Below are positions 18,932-29,237 of a stretch of DNA of 64,000 bases, piece after piece. Source of the stretch: Candidatus Poribacteria bacterium (GTDB lineage Bacteria > Poribacteria > WGA-4E > PCPOR2b). How positions within the stretch are numbered: position 1 is the stretch's first letter; each line of letters begins with the position of its first letter. Made by a program: the position numbers and the translations under genes. Under the pieces are notes generated by a model. That model was given only the letters and a program-made list of their open reading frames with translations, was not told the origin of the DNA and did no database searches. The DNA lies in NCBI GenBank assembly GCA_965116925.1, contig OZ220744.1:3904001-3968000 (forward strand), read 5' to 3'.

Positions 18932-21166
18932 ATGATGAAACTGCTCGAACAGATGCCGGATACAGTCAGCCAGAAAATTCAGGATGTGTTGACTCATGAA
19001 GAAGAAGAGTTAATTCGTGTGTCCACAGATCTGAATTCTGATGGCACCTTTGGAGAGCAGTGGCTCATCGCCACAGATAGGCGCGTGATTGTGGTGCCTG
19101 CAGAAGGAGTCAACGGGGTTGTTGACATACCCATCAGGGAATTAGCGGCTGTGCAGACCGAACCCTTAGTCGGTGGCGGACGCTTAGAAATCGATAGGAA
19201 GAAAGAGGCGACCCTTTTTGTCCCCTACTCTAGCTCGCTTGCAGAAAAATTCTCTGAGGTGGCACTTGGACTTGAGCAGCTCCGTCAGCAAGATGATTTT
19301 TTGATTAACACAGAACTTGACCAGACACGGTGCTCCAAATGTGGTAGGCTCTTACCGGAGAAGAACGGAATATGCACAGCGTGTATTCGTCGGTTGGCAA
19401 CGCTGGGACGAATTGCTAGTTATTTGATACCCTATAAGGGGCGCGCTGTCCTGTTGGCACTCATCTCACTGGTAACTATCGGTGCAGATCTTCTCCCACC
19501 GCTGGTGATGCGGCAGATTGTTGATAATGTGTTCCTGCTAAAGGAGGAAACGGCTCGCAGCATAGATCAGAGGGCAGCACTTCTGGGACAGTGGATACTT
19601 GTGCTGATTGGCCTTCGGATACTAAGTTGGAGTATGGAGCTGGCACACGGATGGATAGTTAGTTGGTTGAGTGCACGGATGACAGCGGATATCCGAAGCC
19701 ACCTTTATCGACGGTTAGAGATGCTTACCATGCAATTTTACTCAGACCGTAGGGTAGGGGCACTGATGTCTCGTGTCACCCGGGATAGCGACATGTTACG
19801 GGAATTTCTGGTTAATGGGCTGCCCTACTTGGTAATCAACATCCTAAAGATTCTCGCCATACTCGGTATTCTGTTCTGGATGCACTGGCAGCTGACTCTT
19901 TGCATGCTATTTCCCGTCCCTTTCATCATAATCTGGGGTAGGCTCTTCTGGCGACGTATGCGCCGCATCTTCAACAAGCATGGCCAGAGCTGGGCACATC
20001 TGAGCGCGCGATTAAACGAGGCATTTGCTGGTATCCATGTCGTAAAGGCTTTCGCGCAAGAGATGCGGGAGATAGGAGACTTTGAGAAAAAGAACAGTGA
20101 TTTGATGCGGATTTCTAGGAGAACCGCGCGTCACTGGCTTGTGTTTTTTGCAGTGACTAGCTTTCTGACCGGATGTGGCGGAATAATCATCTGGCTGGTT
20201 GGGGGATCGGACATGCTTCGAGGCAACTTAACTTTAGGCACCCTCACAGCGTTTTCTGGTTATATGTGGCAGGTCTACGGTCCCTTAGAGTGGCTTAGTC
20301 GCGTCAACAGCTGGATGACACGGGCTTTTGCCGGCGCGGAGCGTATTTTTGAGGTCATTGATGCGTCACCCGAAGCTTACGATGATCCAGAGGCAACTGC
20401 CCTGGCAGAAATAGAAGGACAGGTAACCTTCAAAGATGTAACTTTTGGCTACGACAAGAGCAAACCGGTCCTTCACGAAATGGATCTTGACGTTGCTCCC
20501 GGAGAGATGGTTGGGCTCGTAGGCAAATCTGGAGTAGGCAAGACAACCACCGTGAACCTAATCACCCGGTTCTACGATGTAGACCGTGGTGCCATTGAAA
20601 TCGATGGTGTGGATGTACGCAACCTGCGTCTAGAAGACCTACGCCGTCAGATTGGTATCGTGCTGCAAGAGCCGTTTCTCTTTAGCGGAACAATTGCCGA
20701 GAACATCGGATATGGCAACCCGGGTGCCACTTTCGAGGAGATCATGCAGGCAGCACAGGCGGCGAATGCACATAATTTTATCGTGGCAAAGGCGGATGGT
20801 TACGACACAAATGTCGGAGAACGAGGAAACAACCTGTCAGGTGGAGAGAAGCAGCGCGTTTCTATCGCTCGGGCTATCCTACACAACCCAAAGATCCTTA
20901 TTTTAGATGAAGCGACTTCGTCGGTGGATGTCGAGACCGAGAAGGAGATTCAGGAGGCGGTTGCCCGGCTGATCCAAAATCGGACAACCTTCGCCATTGC
21001 TCATCGCCTGTCGACCCTTCGGAACGCTAACCGACTGGTGGTCCTTGATGCCGGACGTATTGTAGAGGTCGGTACACACAGTGAATTGATGGCTAAGAAG
21101 GGTGCGTTTTATGACCTTGTAGAGTTACAACAACAGACCTCTGAAATTATCGGAATCAGAGAATGA
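18932..21166 (+). CDS. ABC exporter (fused permease/ATPase) with N-terminal extension and CxxC...CxxC
   Basis: GKSGVGKT, LSGGEKQR, ILDEATS, AHRLST; transmembrane block; CSKC...CTAC. Confidence 0.92.
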   Translation: MMKLLEQMPDTVSQKIQDVLTHEEEELIRVSTDLNSDGTFGEQWLIATDRRVIVVPAEGVNGVVDIPIRELAAVQTEPLVGGGRLEIDRKKEATLFVPYSSSLAEKFSEVALGLEQLRQQDDFLINTELDQTRCSKCGRLLPEKNGICTACIRRLATLGRIASYLIPYKGRAVLLALISLVTIGADLLPPLVMRQIVDNVFLLKEETARSIDQRAALLGQWILVLIGLRILSWSMELAHGWIVSWLSARMTADIRSHLYRRLEMLTMQFYSDRRVGALMSRVTRDSDMLREFLVNGLPYLVINILKILAILGILFWMHWQLTLCMLFPVPFIIIWGRLFWRRMRRIFNKHGQSWAHLSARLNEAFAGIHVVKAFAQEMREIGDFEKKNSDLMRISRRTARHWLVFFAVTSFLTGCGGIIIWLVGGSDMLRGNLTLGTLTAFSGYMWQVYGPLEWLSRVNSWMTRAFAGAERIFEVIDASPEAYDDPEATALAEIEGQVTFKDVTFGYDKSKPVLHEMDLDVAPGEMVGLVGKSGVGKTTTVNLITRFYDVDRGAIEIDGVDVRNLRLEDLRRQIGIVLQEPFLFSGTIAENIGYGNPGATFEEIMQAAQAANAHNFIVAKADGYDTNVGERGNNLSGGEKQRVSIARAILHNPKILILDEATSSVDVETEKEIQEAVARLIQNRTTFAIAHRLSTLRNANRLVVLDAGRIVEVGTHSELMAKKGAFYDLVELQQQTSEIIGIRE

Positions 21167-21316
21167 CGGCAGCTAACTTAAATGAAGATTAAAAAAATAA
21201 TTCGGTAATTTGCTAGCGACACCGGCGCGGTTTCAAACCGCGCCTACCGTATGTTTCGAGGAAAGTTAGACTGAGCAACATTTTTCACTTACTCACTCAT
21301 GAAAGGAATATCAATT

Positions 21317-22387
21317 ATGGCAACAACACATAGACTTCAAGCAAGTCACCTACATTCTATCACGCGACGGATATTTGTCGCAGCAGGCGCGACCCGCCAC
21401 ATCGCTGACGATGTGGCAGAAATTCTGGTCAACGCGAATCTTGCCGGACACGACTCACACGGAGTCCTCCGCATCCCCGCATATCTGCGCAGCATTGAAG
21501 GTGGCGGAATTGTTCCCAATGTGGAACCAGAAGTCGCTAGGGAAACCGCGAACACCATGTTTTTCGATGGGAAAAACTGCTTCGGTCATTACATTGCTCG
21601 ACAGGCGATGAACCGTGCAATCGAGAAAGCAAAAGCAGCAGATATTTGTAGCGTAAGTATCGTTAATACCGGTCATATTGGTCGGCTGGGCGAGTATGCA
21701 GAAGCGGCTGCGGCCGCAGGCTGTATCGGCATTATTACGACCGGTGGCGGTGGGCGAATGCAGGGAATTACAGTGCCCTTTGGCGGTGCCGGCGGTGCAA
21801 CAGGCACCAACCCGATTGCAGTGGGCGTCCCAACCGGCGACGATGCACCTTTTGTTATTGATATTGCCACAAGTATGATTGCCGAGGGCAAAATCCAAGT
21901 CGCACGGAGCAAAGGCGAAGATTTGCCTGAAGGGCACATAGTGGATAAGAACGGAAATCCGAGCGTCAAGCCTGCGGACTTTTATGATGGTGGATTCCTT
22001 CTGCCGTTTGGCTTGCACAAAGGTTACTCAATCGGCTTGCTAGTTTGTTTGCTTGGGGGATTATCTGGTACTTTCGATATTGAAAAGGGCGCGATGGGTG
22101 GCTGTTTTATGCAGGTGATCAATGTCAACTCACTGACGGCGTTGGACGGATATCAACAGGGTGTGCGTGCTTTCCTAGATGGCATCAAGTCGATCCCTCC
22201 TGCACCGGGCTTTAACGAGGTGCTTGTCCCCGGTGACTTTGAACATCGGAATCGCGTCCAGCGTTTGGAGGACGGTATTGAACTCCCCGATACTATCCAT
22301 CAGCAGATTTCAGAGTGTGCAGAGAAACTGGGTGTTTCAATGAGCGACGACGCTGTTGAACCTGCCGACGCAGAACGATACGAATAA
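21317..22387 (+). CDS. Ldh_2 (malate/L-sulfolactate dehydrogenase type 2) family oxidoreductase
   Basis: GHDSHG, GHIGRLG, GTNPIA, DIATS, HKGY. Confidence 0.88.
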   Translation: MATTHRLQASHLHSITRRIFVAAGATRHIADDVAEILVNANLAGHDSHGVLRIPAYLRSIEGGGIVPNVEPEVARETANTMFFDGKNCFGHYIARQAMNRAIEKAKAADICSVSIVNTGHIGRLGEYAEAAAAAGCIGIITTGGGGRMQGITVPFGGAGGATGTNPIAVGVPTGDDAPFVIDIATSMIAEGKIQVARSKGEDLPEGHIVDKNGNPSVKPADFYDGGFLLPFGLHKGYSIGLLVCLLGGLSGTFDIEKGAMGGCFMQVINVNSLTALDGYQQGVRAFLDGIKSIPPAPGFNEVLVPGDFEHRNRVQRLEDGIELPDTIHQQISECAEKLGVSMSDDAVEPADAERYE

Positions 22388-22501
22388 AGCGTGAAACGTG
22401 AAAACCATTATTCATTAGGTGTTGCCAGAACCCAGTTTCGGTTGCACGATTTCTTTACATGCGCGTTTGACGCAGTTTGAATCTGAACAGGCTAACTGAT
22501 T

Positions 22502-22783
22502 ATGCTATTTTTCATCATCTGGATTATCTGTATACCGTTGGTTATCTGGATTGTTCTACAGATTATTTCTAGACGTAAAGGGAACGAAGGAGTCGGTCCC
22601 GGTGTTCAGCTTGAGGAATGTGCACTCTGCCATGAGGAATTTCCGATGGACGCACTGCTAGAGAAGGAGGTCGGCGGTTATAGCAGGGTCTACTGTTTTT
22701 GTGGCGACTGTATTGAACAACTACACCGCGAATACCAAGCAAAAGTAGAGCAAAGAGATGGGGAGAATGAGCAGATTAGTTAA
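22502..22783 (+). CDS. Small membrane-anchored zinc-finger-like protein
   Basis: N-terminal hydrophobic helix; CALC...CFCGDC. Confidence 0.6.
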   Translation: MLFFIIWIICIPLVIWIVLQIISRRKGNEGVGPGVQLEECALCHEEFPMDALLEKEVGGYSRVYCFCGDCIEQLHREYQAKVEQRDGENEQIS

Positions 22784-22915
22784 TCCACGAACGGGTAAAT
22801 TGAGTTCAAGTATTCATTAAACCGATAAATACTCAAACTCAGTCTGCTCGGATACATCATACAATTTAGGGTTCAACCCGATTTTATCGGAGTGGGCTCC
22901 CCAAAGGAGGTTGAT

Positions 22916-23959
22916 ATGTACGATTTAGTTACATTTGGTGAAGCGATGGTACGCCTCACTTCGCCCGAGTTTAGGCGACTTGAAGGGTCGTCAACACTGT
23001 TGATGGATGCCGGCGGGGCGGAGTTGAATGTCGCAGTCAATGGGGCTCAGTTAGGCCTACGCACCGCATGGGTCTCTCGCTTGGTTGATAACTGGTCGGG
23101 AAAATTCATCGCTAATAAAGGACGTGAGTTAGGCGTCGATACGTCTCACATTGTGTGGGCACCGTTTGACGGCGTTGGGCTAGAACGGAACGGTTTCTAT
23201 CATGTCGAATTAAGCGCGGGGCCTCGTGCTAGCACCGTTACTTATGACCGCGGCTATTCAGCAATCTCAAACATCCAACCGGGCGAGATTAATTGGTCGC
23301 AGATTTTTGATGGTGCTCGTTGGTTCCATCTGAGCGGCATTACTCCGGCACTATCTGAGTCCGCAGCAGCGGTAGCGAAAGAAGCACTTCAGGCAGCACG
23401 CGCCGCAGATGTAAAAACGAGTTATGACCTAAACTTCCGATCCAAGTTGTGGAGCGCAGAGCAAGCACAGGCTGCGAATCGTGAAATGATGGACCACGTC
23501 TGTGTGCTCATCGGTAACGAGGAGGATTTCGAGATGGCACTCGGATTCAAAGCAGAGGGTACAACTGAAGGTTTCAGCCAACTTGATCCAGAAAGTTATA
23601 AAGAGGTCGCACAACGGGTTTGTGAGGCATTCCCCAATATCGAAATGATTGGCACCACCCTACGCGACGCAAAAACCGGTTGGCTAAATGATTGGCGCAC
23701 GCTCCTGTTTGATGGATCGGACTTCTATCTATCACGCATCTACGAAAACCTCGAACTTGTTGATCGTGTCGGCGGCGGTGATAGTTTCTCCGCAGGATTG
23801 ATCTATAGCCTGCTCAACGGTAAATCACTTCAAGAAGCAGTTGATTTCGGTGGTGGCTACTCCGCACTTGCACATACTTTCCCCGGTGATTTCAACTGGG
23901 CAACCGCCGAAGAAGCTGAAAGCGCAATGAAGGCGGGTAGTGTTAGGATTCGGCGCTAG
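22916..23959 (+). CDS. PfkB sugar kinase, KdgK-like
   Basis: GGAELNVA, SGITPAL, DLNFR, DRVGGGDSF. Confidence 0.88.
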   Translation: MYDLVTFGEAMVRLTSPEFRRLEGSSTLLMDAGGAELNVAVNGAQLGLRTAWVSRLVDNWSGKFIANKGRELGVDTSHIVWAPFDGVGLERNGFYHVELSAGPRASTVTYDRGYSAISNIQPGEINWSQIFDGARWFHLSGITPALSESAAAVAKEALQAARAADVKTSYDLNFRSKLWSAEQAQAANREMMDHVCVLIGNEEDFEMALGFKAEGTTEGFSQLDPESYKEVAQRVCEAFPNIEMIGTTLRDAKTGWLNDWRTLLFDGSDFYLSRIYENLELVDRVGGGDSFSAGLIYSLLNGKSLQEAVDFGGGYSALAHTFPGDFNWATAEEAESAMKAGSVRIRR

Positions 23960-24029
23960 ATTTTTGACATATCCCTGAATTGTCGGAGCGGGTGAGCTTC
24001 ATCTCATTGCAGGTTAGCTCATCGGTCCT

Positions 24030-24671
24030 TCAATCCGTCCATCGGATTTGTTCACTCACGGGTTTTCGCTCATGCGTGGGCACTTCAGCCGGATAACCCA
24101 TATAATAAAATCCGATGATATATTCCTGATCGGAATCAATACCGAGCAAATCGTAGGTATTCTGTTCCAGTGTGATTGCGCCGGTGCTCCACTGCATCCC
24201 AACCCCTCGCTCCCAACCAGCTAGTTGAATGTTCAGCATAGCGCAGCACGTTGCGGCATAGTCTTCACGCTTTCGCTGTTCGTCTCCGTCTTGGATGCAC
24301 GAAACCGCTACGATTGTGGGTTTGGAGGTGAACTTCTTGAAGCCTTGCTCTCCTACCTTGGCAAGGGTTGCTTCATCTGCAGCTGCAGCGGCTTTTGGGT
24401 TGGATGTAATTTTTTCGATCTGGATTTCACTATACCGTTCAGCGAGGATTAGCTTCGTTTTTTCACCGATGGCAGTGAATCGCCACGGCTCGGTTAGGTG
24501 ATGATTGGGACTCCAGATACCGGCCTCAAGAATCTCTTCGAGAACATCTCGGGGCACTGGATCCGGCTTAAACTGAAAAATTGTTCGGCGAGATCGGATT
24601 GCTTCTGTAACAGGAAAGCTCTGATCGGTTGGAACAGAGCGGATCTCAGCGGTTAAATTATCTTGGCTCAT
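24030..24671 (-). CDS. Nitroreductase family protein
   Basis: RRTI, SPNHHLTEPWRF, GMQWSTG, MGYP. Confidence 0.85.
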   Translation of the reverse strand: MSQDNLTAEIRSVPTDQSFPVTEAIRSRRTIFQFKPDPVPRDVLEEILEAGIWSPNHHLTEPWRFTAIGEKTKLILAERYSEIQIEKITSNPKAAAAADEATLAKVGEQGFKKFTSKPTIVAVSCIQDGDEQRKREDYAATCCAMLNIQLAGWERGVGMQWSTGAITLEQNTYDLLGIDSDQEYIIGFYYMGYPAEVPTHERKPVSEQIRWTD

Positions 24672-24724
24672 CGTTTCCTCCTTTTTTTGAAATTGAGACT
24701 CATTTTCATCCCAGACTTAAGAAG

Positions 24725-24753
24725 ATTATAAACCTATGGGGAACATTTGTCAA
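24725..24753 (-). promoter_or_regulatory. Consensus sigma70 promoter for the nitroreductase
   Basis: Minus strand TTGACA-17 nt-TATAAT, perfect consensus. Confidence 0.75.
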
Positions 24754-24894
24754 GAGGTTTCTCACAGAAAAAATGTAGGTAACTAGAAATTTGAACGATA
24801 CGTTAAAAAAATAAAAGTTAGCAATTCCGGCTCGGTTGCGTCTCAATAACATTATTCCTCTGAACGAGAGCGTTTCGGATTTCTGTGAATAGGG

Positions 24895-24923
24895 TTGACC
24901 TCACCAATGTCGTATGATATACT
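24895..24923 (+). promoter_or_regulatory. Sigma70 promoter for the aldo/keto reductase
   Basis: TTGACC-17 nt-TATACT with extended -10 TG. Confidence 0.65.
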
Positions 24924-24986
24924 GTGCATAAAGATAAAATCAATCACAGACAGGTATAATCATCTTTAACCTAAAGGAGTAATTCC

Positions 24987-25748
24987 ATGCAAGTTGTTGA
25001 TTTTGGCAGAACCGGGCTGCGAGTTTCGCGGCTTTCGATTGGAACAGGTACGCACGGCTGGGGTGGAAAATCGGATCAGACGGCACTGGGATTGAAAGGT
25101 TTGGTTGACCTGCTCCATTTTGCTCATGATCACGGTGTGACATTTTGGGATGCCGCAGATCAATATGGCAGTCACTCCTACATCAAGGAAGCCCTCAAAG
25201 AATTAGATCGATCCTCAGTCGTTATCACATCAAAAACGACCTCTCGCACTAGGGAATCGGTTGAAGCCGATGTCAAACGATTCTTGAAGGAGATCGGATC
25301 GGACTACGTCGATATTGTGTTGCTGCACTGTCTCACTGACTTCGATTGGCCCACGCGCTATCCGGACGCGATGGAAGCCCTAGCGCGGTGCAAAGAACAG
25401 GGGCTTATACGGGCGCACGGCGTTTCGTGCCACGACTATGGCGCGTTCCAAACAGCTGCCATGACCAAATGGGTCGAAGTTGTGTTAGCTCGGATTAACT
25501 ACACCGGAGTCCACATGGACGCATCACCCGCTGACGTTATCCGGACCATGGAACAGATGGCAGCATTTGGCAAAGGCATCTACGGCATGAAGGTGCTCGG
25601 ACAGAGCAAGTTAGCCGAGGACGACGGTCCGAGGAAAGGCATCGAATTTGTTATGGGGCTGCCTTGCGTTCACGCAATGACAATTGGCATGATCAGCCAG
25701 CGCGAAGTCGAAGAAAACGTTGCAATTGTCAATGCGCTTGCTAACTAA
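24987..25748 (+). CDS. Aldo/keto reductase
   Basis: GRTGLRVSRL, DAADQY, SK, DIVLLH, GVSCH. Confidence 0.88.
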   Translation: MQVVDFGRTGLRVSRLSIGTGTHGWGGKSDQTALGLKGLVDLLHFAHDHGVTFWDAADQYGSHSYIKEALKELDRSSVVITSKTTSRTRESVEADVKRFLKEIGSDYVDIVLLHCLTDFDWPTRYPDAMEALARCKEQGLIRAHGVSCHDYGAFQTAAMTKWVEVVLARINYTGVHMDASPADVIRTMEQMAAFGKGIYGMKVLGQSKLAEDDGPRKGIEFVMGLPCVHAMTIGMISQREVEENVAIVNALAN

Positions 25749-25911
25749 CTCAGGTCGTCACTTATCTCCTGCACAAATCCTACTGTTGCAAATAGCAGGC
25801 TGCAATCCTGATAGGGGGCAGATCTTGATCTTGCATCGTACGTATTCAACAGAACGAGTATCAACCTTTTGGAATTTTGGAAATCGTTCCCCTAATTAAA
25901 GGAGCCCTGTC

Positions 25912-27096
25912 TTGAAACTATTTGGCTTGAAGATTTTAAGTCCCTTTGTCTATGTTATCGCTGTGATTCTCCTTCAGGCTCCCGCCCTACTCTTAGCGCA
26001 AACTCCGGAGCAGACGGAACAGTGGCAGCGGGAACATGAACAGAAAAAGGAGGAAAAGCGTAGTCTGGAAGAAGAAAGAAACACGATTATCCAAAAGGAA
26101 CAGGGAGTCTTACAGAAACTACAAGAGATTGAATCCAAATTAGCCGCTAACGAAAAAGAACTCGCCCGGTATCAGCAAGAGATTGAAAATCATACACTTG
26201 AGGCTGGGGAACTTCAGAGAGAATTAGGAAACTTGCTTTCTCAAGACAAGGAACAAAAGAAACGGGCTATAAAGCGGATTCGTGCAATTTATAAGCTAGG
26301 CTATAATAAGGAAGATGAGCACCTGTTGAAGATATTGTTTGGTGCTCAGGATATGCAAGATCTTGTGGAAAAGTATAAGTATACGGGCGTTATCGCCGAA
26401 GCAGATCAAAATATGCTAAAGGAAATCCAACTTCGACAGGTAGAAATTGAACAAAAATCCACTGAAATTGTTCACCAAATCCAATTAGCAAAGGAAGCAT
26501 CAAAAGCTAAAGAAGCTGAACGTTTACTCCTCCTTGCTCAGGAACAGAAACGCCAACAACTCCTGCATAAATACCGAACAGAGAAGGGAACTTATAACCA
26601 AGCGATAAGGGAGCTAAAAGCTGCCGGTGCACAGTTGGAGAAGCGCCTTGGAATCGTCAGTGACGAACATCTCGAGAAACGAGCGCAGACAATTAGAAGT
26701 ATTCGGCCGGCGTTGTTTGGCAAGCTCCCATGGCCCGTTGTCGGCGTGATTGTGCCGAACCAAACACCCGCCGACCGCGGCACTGACCGTGGGCTAACCA
26801 TCCAAGCGAAGAAGGGGAAGCCCGTGCGCTGTGTTGCAGATGGTATTGTGGTAAATTTTGAACCAATCTTTGGCTATGGCAATACGGTTATTGTTTTCCA
26901 CGGGGATAGATATACCTCCCTTTATGCACATTTGTCGAGTGCATCTGTAAAACGAGGTGATACTGTTCAAGCAAACCAAGTTCTCGGAACTGTCGGTGAA
27001 ACCGGATCACTAATCGGTCCAGTGCTTTACTTTGAACTCTGGAAACTCCCTGAGCGTTTGAACACGCGAAGATGGTTGACAAGAAAAATGAAGTAA
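25912..27096 (+). CDS. EnvC-like coiled-coil M23 family protein
   Basis: Signal peptide, long coiled coil, LPWPV, GYGNTV, YAHL, degenerate LYFE in place of HxH. Confidence 0.82.
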   Translation: MKLFGLKILSPFVYVIAVILLQAPALLLAQTPEQTEQWQREHEQKKEEKRSLEEERNTIIQKEQGVLQKLQEIESKLAANEKELARYQQEIENHTLEAGELQRELGNLLSQDKEQKKRAIKRIRAIYKLGYNKEDEHLLKILFGAQDMQDLVEKYKYTGVIAEADQNMLKEIQLRQVEIEQKSTEIVHQIQLAKEASKAKEAERLLLLAQEQKRQQLLHKYRTEKGTYNQAIRELKAAGAQLEKRLGIVSDEHLEKRAQTIRSIRPALFGKLPWPVVGVIVPNQTPADRGTDRGLTIQAKKGKPVRCVADGIVVNFEPIFGYGNTVIVFHGDRYTSLYAHLSSASVKRGDTVQANQVLGTVGETGSLIGPVLYFELWKLPERLNTRRWLTRKMK

Positions 27097-27140
27097 TATC
27101 AATTGGGGTTTTAATCGATATCCCGGTTGGGGAGCAAAAT

Positions 27141-28586
27141 ATGGCGTACAAATACGAAACCGTTATAGGTTTGGAGGTTCACGCGGAATTATCGACAAAC
27201 AGCAAACTCTTCTGCAACTGTGAGGTTAAGTTTGGATCCGAGGCGAACACGCAAACCTGCCCCATCTGTTTGGGGATGCCCGGTGTGCTGCCTGTGATGA
27301 ATCAGCGGGCGGTTGAGTTCTCAATCCGCGCTGCTTTAGGATTAAATTGCAAGATTGCCTCTTACAGCAAGTTCGATCGGAAAAACTATTTCTATCCAGA
27401 TTTGCCCAAAGGTTACCAAATCTCACAGTATGACCTACCCCTCGCCTACGATGGTTATGTCGATTATGAACTGGATGGCGAAACAAAGCGTGTTCGCATT
27501 AATCGTATTCACTTAGAGGAGGATGCGGGCAAGCTAGTCCATGCGGATGTGACAGGAAATCCAAATCAGAGCTATGTAGACTTTAACCGTTCATGTGTGC
27601 CGTTGTTAGAAATTGTCAGTGAACCCGATCTGCGCTCCCCCGCAGAAGCAATCGCATACTGGCGCGCTGTCAAAGAAATCCTCGAATATGTTGAAGTTAG
27701 CGATTGCAATATGGAGGAAGGTAGTTTCCGTTGTGATGCGAATATCTCTCTGCGTCCTATTGGCAGCAAGGAATTAGGGACACGAACGGAGTTAAAAAAT
27801 AAGAATTCATTTCAGCATGTGTTGACCGCCTTGGAATATGAGGAGAAGCGTCAAGCGCGAATTCTTGATCAGGGAGGCGAAGTTATCCAAGAAACTGTAC
27901 TGTTTGACATCAACACCGGCAGGACTGCATCCATGCGTAGTAAAGAGGAAGCTCACGATTACCGCTACTTTCCTGAACCCGATCTTGTTCCTTTTGAGGT
28001 AGATGCAGCAGAAGTCGAACGGATCCGAGCAGCGTTGCCGGAGCTACCTGCTGAACGTCGCAAGCGTTTTGTTAAAGAATACGGCATTCCTGCCTACGAT
28101 GCAGAATTTCTTACTGCCACACGACAGATGGCGGACTTTTTCGATGAAACAGCACGTCTCAGCAGCGATCCGAAGTCGAGTAGTAACTGGATCATGGGTG
28201 ACTTGTCGGGGCTGTTGAACAATGCAGGGATAGAGATTCAGGATGCGAAAGTAACACCCGCTCACCTCAGCGAACTGATTCAGCTAATTAAAGACCAAAC
28301 GATTAGCGGTAAAATTGCTAAATCCGTCCTGCCCGATGTCTTTGAAACCGGCAAAACTCCAAAACAGATCGTTGAAGAGAAAGGGCTTTCGCAGATTTCC
28401 GACGCGTCTGCCATTGAGTCAATCGTCGATCAGGCCATCGAAGAAAACCCAGGGCCGGCACAAGATTATCGAGATGGGAAGCAGAAAGCGATCGGTTTCC
28501 TCGTCGGCCAGGTGATGAAAGCCACTAGAGGCAAAGCCAACCCACAGATAGTCAACCAGCTTTTGCGACAAAAACTTGACGGGTAA
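27141..28586 (+). CDS. gatB: Asp-tRNA(Asn)/Glu-tRNA(Gln) amidotransferase subunit B
   Basis: IGLEVHAEL, RKNYFYPDLPKGYQISQ, HLEEDAGK, GSFRCDANIS, DYRYFPEPDL. Confidence 0.98.
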   Translation: MAYKYETVIGLEVHAELSTNSKLFCNCEVKFGSEANTQTCPICLGMPGVLPVMNQRAVEFSIRAALGLNCKIASYSKFDRKNYFYPDLPKGYQISQYDLPLAYDGYVDYELDGETKRVRINRIHLEEDAGKLVHADVTGNPNQSYVDFNRSCVPLLEIVSEPDLRSPAEAIAYWRAVKEILEYVEVSDCNMEEGSFRCDANISLRPIGSKELGTRTELKNKNSFQHVLTALEYEEKRQARILDQGGEVIQETVLFDINTGRTASMRSKEEAHDYRYFPEPDLVPFEVDAAEVERIRAALPELPAERRKRFVKEYGIPAYDAEFLTATRQMADFFDETARLSSDPKSSSNWIMGDLSGLLNNAGIEIQDAKVTPAHLSELIQLIKDQTISGKIAKSVLPDVFETGKTPKQIVEEKGLSQISDASAIESIVDQAIEENPGPAQDYRDGKQKAIGFLVGQVMKATRGKANPQIVNQLLRQKLDG

Positions 28587-28600
28587 GGAATCAACAAACG

Positions 28601-28768
28601 ATGGCTGAAATTGCCAATATTTTGCAGGCAGACACACCGTCAGGTAGTTCTCAAGTATTCGCTTTATTAGAACTCAAAGAATTTTTGATCCGCTTAGGAC
28701 GGGAAACCAATCAGGGTGAAGTCGGCGTCGTTATAGATGGGATTTATTACGGTTTCACTCAATTTTAG
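28601..28768 (+). CDS. 55-aa ORF, possibly an internally deleted remnant of a hypothetical gene
   Basis: Below the ORF-track cutoff; reads [55 protein letters not shown] after AAGGAA. Confidence 0.45.
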   Translation: MAEIANILQADTPSGSSQVFALLELKEFLIRLGRETNQGEVGVVIDGIYYGFTQF

Positions 28769-28782
28769 AAGGGATAGCTACC

Positions 28783-29097
28783 ATGTCCAAAGCTAAACAG
28801 ACCGATCGTCTGAAGAATCTCTTAAAGCCCGACATTGTCATCGATTTGAACAAGCGGGTTAGCACTCCATTCGATCTTCTCCAGCTTCAGGTGCAACGCA
28901 GTCAAATTTCCGACGCGTCTGCAATCGAATCAGTTGTTGATCAGGTCATCGAAGAAAACCCAGGTCCGGCACAAGATTATCGGGACGGGAAGCAGAAGGC
29001 GATCGGTTTCCTTGTCGGCCGGGTGATGAAAGCCACTAGAGGCAAAGCCAACCCACAGATAGTCAACCAGCTTTTGCGACAAAAACTTGACGGGTAA
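28783..29097 (+). pseudogene. Chimeric ORF: unrelated N-terminus fused to a duplicated GatB C-terminal (YqeY-like) segment
   Basis: 28903-29099 repeats 28392-28588 at a 511-bp offset. Confidence 0.75.
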
Positions 29098-29237
29098 GGC
29101 ACTAACAGACGATTTGCCGAAGAAGCCCCGGCTCAAAGCAGTTATGACAATCCAAGACACCTTCCACCAAGGTGCTGTGGCTTGTGTAATCCATTCGGAA
29201 CACCCAATCGATTTACCAGCCACAAGTTATTAATATC

